From positions 105,090,001-105,154,000 of the forward strand of contig NC_043002.1 of assembly GCF_006345805.1 (NCBI RefSeq): DNA of 64,000 bases, written 5' to 3'. How positions within the stretch are numbered: position 1 is the first letter of the stretch; each line of letters begins with the position of its first letter. Source of the DNA: Octopus sinensis. Its lineage: Eukaryota. Shown piece by piece: positions 54,906 to 64,000 of the stretch. Below the pieces are notes generated by a model. That model did no database searches. It saw only the letters and a list, made by a program, of their open reading frames with translations, and was not told where the DNA came from. The position numbers and the translations under genes were made by a program.

Positions 54906-57409
54906 TTTAATTCGGTTATTTTTTAACCCCTATGCTCGCAACATTCATGTCATTTGGTATGGTTACGTCAATGATCTGATAGTATTTGTCTCTCTTATTC
55001 AATATGACAATATCCGGCTGACAGTGTCCGATTACACGATCTGTCAGAAAATCATAGTCCCAGAGTATCGTTACTTTTCCACCCTCCTGCATAACTTTAC
55101 ATGCTCATACCAGTTCTCTATTAATTCATATTTGTATTTACAGCATAAGAGCCAATGAAGATACACACACACTTTATCGTGGCGGTGTTTGTATTCTTTC
55201 TTGTGCAAGACTCTCACATCCACTTTTGCCCGACTTTACTCTCAGCGTTCATATTCACTTTACCGTTCATCCTTTAGGGGTCCATAAAAAAATACAAATC
55301 ATTTCAGCGATGCAAGCGACTAGCCCCTCCCCTCAAAATTTCTTATTTTCCAAATTAAGGAATAAACTTTGCTATTTTATTATTCTTATTCTTCATTTTC
55401 TTCATATCATGTTCTCATCTTCATCTCTCTCTTCAATGGTTGATATCTTTATTTTTTATTTATTCCTATAATTGCTGTTATTTCTATTTTTACTTCTAAT
55501 GTTTTAAAGGAACTGCGCCTTCTGAGCTCCTGTCTATCTTCGATCCTGAATTGTATTCCTTTTGGTTAGGATCAATGAAATAATTATCGCCCTGATTTAC
55601 AGTGTTGCTGCTGTGGAAGTATGAGAGAAATCAAAATTTGTCCATTGGTGTTACCGACAAACTCTCATAAGTTTTGTTAGATTCGAAAGCAGCAACAAAT
55701 ATTCATTCGGTGCCTAGGTTTCTCTTTGTGTGTGCGCGCGCGCGTATGTGTGTGTGTGCACCTGACTGTGCTTTTTTCCTCGTACTTTTCATTATCTTCA
55801 TTTTCCTCCTCCTCCTCCCCTCGGCATCGTCATCATCATCATCATTATCATCATCATCAACATCGTGCTTCATGGTTCGTAAGTCGATATTCAAACAGGA
55901 ACAGTCACGTTATGAAACGTGGAGCGGAAATAAATTTAGATTGGGGTATTTTGTTGATAAAACCAGTGCCAGCCTACCACAATCTGCATCAGAGCTGCAC
56001 AAGAGGAAGTGAATATCATAGAAACGCTTTGTCTAGAGTACGTGACCTTTTTTATTCGAGGAACTTTGGGAAATATCCTCCAGAGAGACGTTAAGTAAAA
56101 CATCTTCCATTTGGATAGAGCAATAAAATTTTCAGTAAGAAAACAGAAGACCGTTTGTTTCAGAAATCCCTGTTCATAAACTAATTACCAATTATTCAGG
56201 AAAGAGGAACGCAGGAACGCAGGAACACCACAAGAGACATTTGTGATGACATTGACTTACGTCTTGTCTTTATATTCTGTTACAATTAAACCCGGTGTTA
56301 ACGATGGGATAATGATATGAGGTCGGTTTAGGTGAGTATGAGCATATGATTCCACATAACACAGCTGACCAGAAGCCAACAATAGAACTATGCACTATAG
56401 CATGAGCAGAGAGCAAAGGCTGTTTACCAATCAGAGCAAGAAGCGCAGATTCTCCATTTACAGCAGGGAAAGCAACTTTAATGCCCGAAAGTCTGAAAGG
56501 ACCAAAATCAGTAACAACACGAAGTCGTTAGGAATTAGTTTGTTTTATTTTTTTCCTGAGACACTATTGCAGCATTAGGCGGCGAAAGGCACAACTGTGA
56601 CGTCGCCAATAAATCAATCGATCCTTATCGCCAGAAGTGAAATGCAGGAAGTCACTCTTCTTGCGGCGATGAACAAACCAGCACATAATTCCTCCTGCAA
56701 ACACCATTGTTTCATCCAACTATGAGAAATGGAAGCAAAAGAGTCCCAGAGAGACCGGCAGGGGTCCTACTAGCATCAATGTTTTGAAAAAGGCTTTAGA
56801 AATGTGCCTCTGTTTGGAAGAAGAGATGAATTCTAGTGAGGAGTTTAAATTATATGAAAGAAATATTATAATTCATGAAGATATGCAGTTTTCATGTTTA
56901 GGAAGTGTAAACGCAGCGCAACTAAAGTGAAAAGGAATTCGTCATTTAGCTGAAGAGATTAAAATCTTCAGAGCCGTTCGAAAGACCACACAAAGATGAA
57001 GTGCACATACTAAATCTGAAACTATTCAAGCTAAAAAAAAACAGCGAAAAATACAAGAAAATATTAGTAAAATATTTCAAGAAACATGATTTCAGTTCAG
57101 AGTTCAAATTATTTTGTTTTTTAACCTGTAAGGATCGTTGAAATAAGGTATCACTCCAATTCTGAGCATTTAGTAAATGACTAAAACCCTGCCGTCAAAA
57201 TTTTACTTCTTTTGTATATATATTAAAAAGTAATTATCATTTTAACTGTCAATAGTTTAGATGCAAAATCAGTAGTTTTGAGGGAAGATGCTTTATTGGT
57301 ACTGTATATGGATGGCCCTTGAAGGATTTGAAGTCAAAACTTCGTGAGCCAGAACAAATAAAGTTCGCCATTTTTGTCCGTCGTGCTCGCGGTGTTTGCC
57401 TAATAATTT

Positions 57410-57985
57410 ACGTAATCCTTTCTACTAATGGCACAAGACCTGCAATTTATGGGGAGGCGGGATAGTTGATCACATCGACCCCAGTACTTGACTGGTAGTT
57501 AATTCATCGACTTCGAAAGAATAAAAGGCGAAGTCGACCTCGCGGAATTTGAACTCAGAATATAAAGACAGGCGAAATACCTATTTTTTTACTACCCTCA
57601 AGGGGCTACAGGCAGAGGGGACAAACAAGGACAGACAAACGGATTAAGTCGATTATATCGACTCCAGTGCGTAACTGGTACTTATTTAATCAACCCTGAA
57701 AGGATGAAAGGCAAAGTCGACCTCGGCGGAATTTGAACTCACAACGTAGCGGCAGACGAAAATACCTATTTCTTTACTACCCACAAGGGGCTAAACGCAG
57801 AGGGAACAAACGACGACAGACAAACGGATTAAGTCGATTATATCGACACCAGTGCGTAAGTGGTACTTAATTTATCGACCCCGAAAGTATGAAAGGCAAA
57901 GTCGACCTCGGCGGAATTTGAACTCAGAACGTAACGGCAGACGAAATACCTGTAAGCGCTAACGTTTCTGCCAGCTCGCCGCCTT
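57410..57985 (-). mobile_element. Head-to-tail trimer of the Nin(Deu)-type SINE, ~185-bp period
   Basis: Units restart at GGTATTT(T)CG at 57950, 57766 and 57581. There is a single tRNA-like 5' start at 57985. Confidence 0.9.
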
Positions 57986-58739
57986 TAATAATCTGCATAA
58001 TAAAAGAAAATCAGTGTTTTTATTAACAACTTAATTATAGTGGCCTGTATTAATAAACAGTAGCATCATCACCATCACCACTATCACGTTTCATATTCAT
58101 TGGAAAGAGGGTGAATATTTCCACCTACAGAAGAAATCAGAAAATAATGCAAATTATATTATTATATTATTTATACCATATATTGTATTATATAACATTA
58201 TATAGCATTATAGATTATATATTATGTTTTATTACATTATATTGTATTACATTTAAATATATTAATCTTTGAAGAGAAAAAAAAAGCCAGAAAGATTTTA
58301 TTCTATCTTTATCGCATTAAAGCATCTCTACGGGAGAAGAAAACATTACATTTCATTAAAAAGAGAAGAATATAACTGATATAGACGTTGAGTTTATCTA
58401 AACAAAAGGTAGTTGACGTGGAAGAAGAAGAAGAAGAAGCAGAAGAAGAAGAAGAAGAAGAAGAAGAAGAAGAAGAAGAAGAAGAAGAAGAAGAACGATC
58501 GAACGCGGGGATTAGTGGTGTGCTGTCATTAGAATCGACATAAATCGCTTTACTCGTAGCTACAAGATTCACGCACCAATATTAACTTTGGCTGCCATGT
58601 TCCAACTGACACAATTTTCAGGTAGAAGAAAAACATGATTCCAACATTTCTCAGTTGCTCAATACCACTAATAATATACCATCGGATTCCTTAATCTTTT
58701 TTTCATTCCTTTTTCCCATTCCTTGTTTTTCGTAACTGT

Positions 58740-58883
58740 GTCTTCTTCTTCTTCTTCTTCTTCTTCTTCTTCTTCTTCTTCTTCTTCTTCTTCTTCTTCT
58801 TCTTCTTCTTCTTCTTCTTCTTCTTCTTCTTCTTCTTCTTCTTCTTCTTCTTCTTCCTTTTCTTCTTCTTCATCATCATCGGC

Positions 58884-58927
<44 letters not shown>

Positions 58928-59005
58928 CATGATAATAATGATAATAATAATAATCTTCTTCTTCTTCCACTGTTGCCACTGCTGCTGCTGCTGCTGCTGC
59001 TGCTG

Positions 59006-59045
<40 letters not shown>
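58740..59045. repeat. Compound (TTC)n/(AAT)n/(GCT)n/(ACT)n microsatellite
   Basis: Visible directly. Confidence 0.95.
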
Positions 59046-59099
59046 CGTTACTACTAGTGTTGCTACAACTAGTACAACCAGCGAGCAGTTATTACGCTT

Positions 59100-59300
59100 G
59101 GTTTAACCGGAAGTTCTTGATGAGTGCTGCGTCATCCAGGCAGACTCTTAAACCCACTTGAGCACACGTTCGTCGGTGAACCGGAAATTCGCCGTGACGT
59201 AAGACGACTTCACTAACTACCATTGGCTGCGCATTCTGACGCCACGATCATCGCAGCACCATCCGTCATAGAATCTCTGTTCCCAAAGCAATCAGTCGAA
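59100..59300. promoter_or_regulatory. CpG-rich promoter-like cluster (ETS, CRE/ATF, CCAAT)
   Basis: CCGGAAGT 59107-59114, TGCGTCA 59128-59134, CCGGAAAT 59181-59188, TGACGTAA 59195-59202, ATTGG 59222-59226, TGCGCA 59228-59233 and TGACG 59237-59241. Confidence 0.45.
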
Positions 59301-59902
59301 CATAAGCATTCCGCTCACTAGAGAATGATTTTACCAAATATTTTTCGTTCCTTATTCTTATTTTTAGTTTTATTAGTATCATCATTATTATTATTGTTGT
59401 TGTTATTGTTGTTTATCATTATTATTTTTAGTAGTATTATATTTTTTCTTTGTTATCTCGTCTGATCATCACCAGCAATACGATCATCATCATCATCATC
59501 ATCATAATCATCATCATCATCGTCGTCGTCGTCGTCGTCGTCATCGATAACATAATCACCCTCAGCATTAGCCGTATCGTCACCATGGTCGTGTAGAAAA
59601 AAGTAGGAGGGAGACAAGGAGACGGAGAGGCGCTGTAGACGAGAAACAGCTGAAGGAGTATGAGTAGGTTAACAAGGGAGATGGTGAAGGATTCGGAAAG
59701 AGGAGGAGCTGGAGGAGAAGGAGGAGGAGGAGTGGGAAAGAGTTGAAGTCGGTGGAGACAAGACAAAGTAAGAGATCAACCATGAAAAAAAAATAACAAA
59801 GGGAAGGAAATAAAATATATTACAGAAAAGTCACAAACACACACAGACACATATACATACATACATACATATATATGCACACACATGCATGCACAAATGT
59901 TC

Positions 59903-59964
<62 letters not shown>

Positions 59965-60300
59965 ACATATATATATATATATATATATGGATATATATAT
60001 ATATATGGATATATATATATGTAAGTATGTCTTTATGTGTGTGTGTGTATACATATATCTTTGTACACAAGTGTCTATATATATATATATATATGTATAT
60101 GTATATAATTATATTTATATGTGTGCATATATATGCATATATCTATGTATATATGTATATATACATGCATATACATATATGCATACATATATATTCATAC
60201 TCATACATATATGTATACACACGCACACACACACATACATATATTTCCTTACATATACTCTCTCTCTCTCGCTCACACACGCACACACACACACACACAC

Positions 60301-60345
<45 letters not shown>

Positions 60346-60909
60346 AACACATTACAGAGCAGAAAGAAAGTAGTAGAGAAGAGAAGAGCCAAAGTACATG
60401 CGAGAGTTCAGCGTTAAGAGGATTATACATATTACACATTTTACTGCATTTTTCAAATACTTTCAGTGGTTGTAAAAGTTTTAAAAATCAATGTGTGGTA
60501 ATGGGATTTTCTACCTTCTGAAATTCGATATCTGCGCTCATTGATACAAGTTGCTCTAACATTCTATATTACCAGTAATCTGCCTGCTTAGTGGCGTGTT
60601 ATGAAAAACTCTGCTTGGGATATGAATATATTTAATGCGTCTAACTAAAATTTACGCTGATGCATTTTCTCGGAAGATTTTTGAGCATTTTAGACTTGTA
60701 TGTGTAGATGCGCTCTTGTCTGTAAATTTATGTGTGTGTGTATGTGCTCGTGTCTACGTTTGTGTGTGTTTGTGTGTATGAATAAGTATGCTCCAGTACA
60801 ATTATATATCTCTGTCTCCCCCGTATCTATCTCTCTCTCCCTCCCTCTCATTCTCTGTTTATATAGTATTCTCCTTAAAATCTACTTGTCTATATTCATA
60901 TATATATAT

Positions 60910-60996
<87 letters not shown>

Positions 60997-61687
60997 GTAT
61001 AATATACATATACATATATATATGTGTGTGTGTGTGTGTAAAAGCGTTGGCATGGGCGAGTGTTTATGAGGCTCACCTCAGTACCGTTGGATCTCAGTTT
61101 CGATCCCAGTACGTGGCATCTAAGTTAAAAGCCTTTACTGCAGCCCAAGATTAGAATCAGTGTCCGAGCCCGTCAGATGATGTGGACCTGTGTAAAAAAA
61201 ATGTTCAGCTTCTTCACAATGTGTCATGCTTATTTTACTTCAGAGAAGCTTTAACATTGTTTGAAGATAACGGAGATACACACGTCCGCTTCATACAAAA
61301 ATTCAATGAGAAAGTCGTGCAGCGATCGAAACGGTTAAACGCTCAAACACTGAAATATGCCTCTATGTATACAAACGCATATTCGCCTATGTCTGTAGAT
61401 ATTACACACACATACACACACACACACACCACACACACACACATATAATATATATATGGTTGCGCATGCCTGTGCTTGCAAGCGCTTTTCTCCTCTAGCG
61501 CAATTTAGCAAAACTGTTTAATCGGATGAAACAGCAAGAAAACATATGAGAGTTAGAGATGGCTTTTATGGACTTCATATAACATAAAATTAAATGTCTG
61601 TCTTAATACTCAGAAAACAATAAGCACAGCCGTAGAACAGGACAGAACTGTTGAAGTGTTTACTGTTCCCACATATCACGGTAATGT

Positions 61688-61995
61688 GGAGGTACATGGC
61701 CTAGTGGTTAGAGCAACGGACTCGCGGTCGAGGGATTGCGGGTTCGAATCTCAGGCCGGTGATGTATGTGATCATAAGCGAAACACCTAAGCTCCACGCG
61801 GCTCGGGCAGAAAGCAATGGCGAACTTCTACTGACTCTTTCGCCACAACTTTCTCTCACTCTTTCCTCCTGCATCTTGCAGCTCATATGCGACGGACCGG
61901 TGTCCTGTCCAGGTGGGGAACCTATACCCCAAGGAAACCGGGAAACCGGCCCTTATGAGCCGCGCGTGGCTCGAGAAGAAACAAACGAACAAAAC
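61688..61995 (+). mobile_element. tRNA-derived SINE, near full length
   Basis: A box TGGCCTAGTGG and B box GGTTCGAATC. Homologous to 11990-12227. Confidence 0.85.
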
Positions 61996-63159
61996 ATAGC
62001 ACGGTAATGCTGCCGCCAGGCCAGGTTCTCTACCTGACAGTCATCGAAGAATTCTCAACAATAATCCGAAATCAATATTTATAAAGTAGGGCAATCACAG
62101 ATTTCGAAGTGGTACGATACTTGAATAGAGGGCAGGAGAAAAAATATACTTAAATTTGTTAGTATAATTAAAGCTAATGATGACAACTTCCACTCATTCA
62201 ATAAATTGCTGATACAAAATAGCAGCAGGAACATAAGATTTTGTTAAGCTTAACTCAGAAACACAATGAAGAGCACAACAAGAGACAGTGTATGATGTGT
62301 AAAAATATCTGGTTGAATAACTGTTAATAGAAACAGCAACGAAACTGAAGCAGTCTGAGTTACTAATGGTATTGTGCAACACCTGCTGATAGAGTATATT
62401 GCGTGAAACGTCTGAAAAAAATATTTTATCAACTTTCGGTCGACTTCAGAACAAAGTGGTTTCAGAGAAGCAGCTGCCGATCTTCATTCTTAGTCAGATG
62501 ATCTGATAGAATCGCGTAAAAATTCTTGTTTGGAAGCAATTAAAGCGTGTGAGAATTAATGTAAAACATGGTAGTTGGCCATGAATAGCAGAAACTCTTG
62601 TTCTAAAGGAAATCGCGGAAAAATGTAACTGTTGCTGGATTAAATGTTGAACAGGAAATTTGTCGCGTTATGGAACGGAGTCATCGGGTAATTATAAAAA
62701 GAACCAAAATAATTTCTACCTTATAAGTTTTACAGACACGCAATGTGTTTCTACAAATATGCAAATTATTGCTCTTGAAGGATTTGAATACGGAAAAAAT
62801 TAGTAGAAAAATTGTTCGTATTTAGTTGATTAGTAAAGAATTATTCTAGTTTTACACAGGTATTACAAAGAAACCAAAACTGCAACACGTTAAATAGAAG
62901 AAAGTTGAACGATTTTCCTTAACCAAAATGTGCACCTGAATTGCTTATTCATGTAATTTTCGTATTACCAAGTTCCGTTCCAAAAATAAAGGACCAAAAT
63001 GCAGATATGTTTAACAATTACGATGTGTCTCAGTCGGCCTATACAAGTTTGAAACAAATTCTTATGATGGTGTGAACCGATGTATTATATATATATATAT
63101 GTGTTTGTGTGTGTGAGTGTTTCTATGGTTGTATGTTCGTAGTGCTTAATGTACGCATG

Positions 63160-63160
63160 T

Positions 63161-63216
<56 letters not shown>

Positions 63217-63239
63217 TTATCTATCTATCTATCTGTCTG

Positions 63240-63332
<93 letters not shown>
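63160..63332. repeat. (TCTA)n/(TA)n microsatellite
   Basis: Visible directly. Confidence 0.95.
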
Positions 63333-63333
<1 letters not shown>

Positions 63334-64000
63334 AGTGTATGTATGTGCATGTGTGTATGTAGGCATGTATGTATGTATTTGCCACTTTACTCTAGGAAGG
63401 AAGAAATGAATGGCTGAATACATGATACAAGAATACCGTTAATGACAGGAAATAAACAACTTTTTGAATAATAGGAAATAAACTCACGAAGATGTTCGAC
63501 GCCATCTTCGAATACTTCGAATACAGTTAACAGGAATGAAGGAGGTGCTCCAGCATGCAGCTGAATAACTTTAATGCACATGCATCTATGCTGTTTTATG
63601 CTGTGATATAAACCGGGCAGAATTTAAAGTAAAAATAATTTTTTCAGTGTAGAAATTTATTAAAATTTTGCTGATTGCACCAGTGTGTTAGATATTTAGA
63701 AACTGAATCATTCATCTATTTGTTACTTAATCTTGTGACCCTTAATTCTATGCTTACGATATGCAAATTTCAAGATCTTTATTTTGAATCTAAATGGAGT
63801 AATATGTCGCATGTATTCACTAAAACTAAATAAAACCTCTGATTTTCGGGTACCTGAAGTTCACTGTCTCATGTGTTCCAAACATGCCTTGCAAACAATG
63901 TAAGGGGCCCATGATTTGTCCTGATCACCAAGCTCGACGTGAAAGTAAGCACGATAGGCTTTCTTGTAAAAGTCAGATATCGGTTTCCTCTTGGCTTTCG

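Noticed and set aside
56950-56971. CTGAAGAGATTAAAATCTTCAG
   Set aside because: It is a short hairpin in which the putative core is itself paired, and no GAAA or helix III follows.
58560-58601. Minus-strand start exon MAAKVNIG
   Set aside because: It is ~500 bp from the motif cluster, has a weak donor, and no compatible downstream exon was found.
62382-62415. CUGAUAGA...GAAACGUC hammerhead-like string
   Set aside because: The core register is wrong and the stems are only 2-3 weak pairs.

Overview
AT-rich, microsatellite-saturated animal genomic DNA. The SINE, LINE and Penelope repeat landscape suggests an octopus or other cephalopod; this is an inference, not a database result. No host gene can be named. 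Two unassigned exon candidates and one promoter-like motif cluster are the only non-repeat features. Most of the supplied ORFs are translations of microsatellites. Recognisable elements are a decayed GIY-YIG Penelope-like element (PLE), a mariner transposase remnant, an internally deleted Ty3/Gypsy LTR element, CR1/L2-group LINE pieces, two Dong/R4-type RLE LINE pieces at (TAA)n, and many tRNA-derived SINEs. The most striking signal is a set of short cassettes carrying minimal type I hammerhead ribozyme motifs with palindromic helix III. Three of these are head-to-head inverted repeats (2596-2903, 23981-24569, 51454-51894) and three are single copies; most end near (TA)n tracts, and several share non-canonical core bases. 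A second notable signal is a ~345-bp insertion (18898-19242) assembled from five nearby templates joined by microhomologies. All alignments and folds were done by eye.
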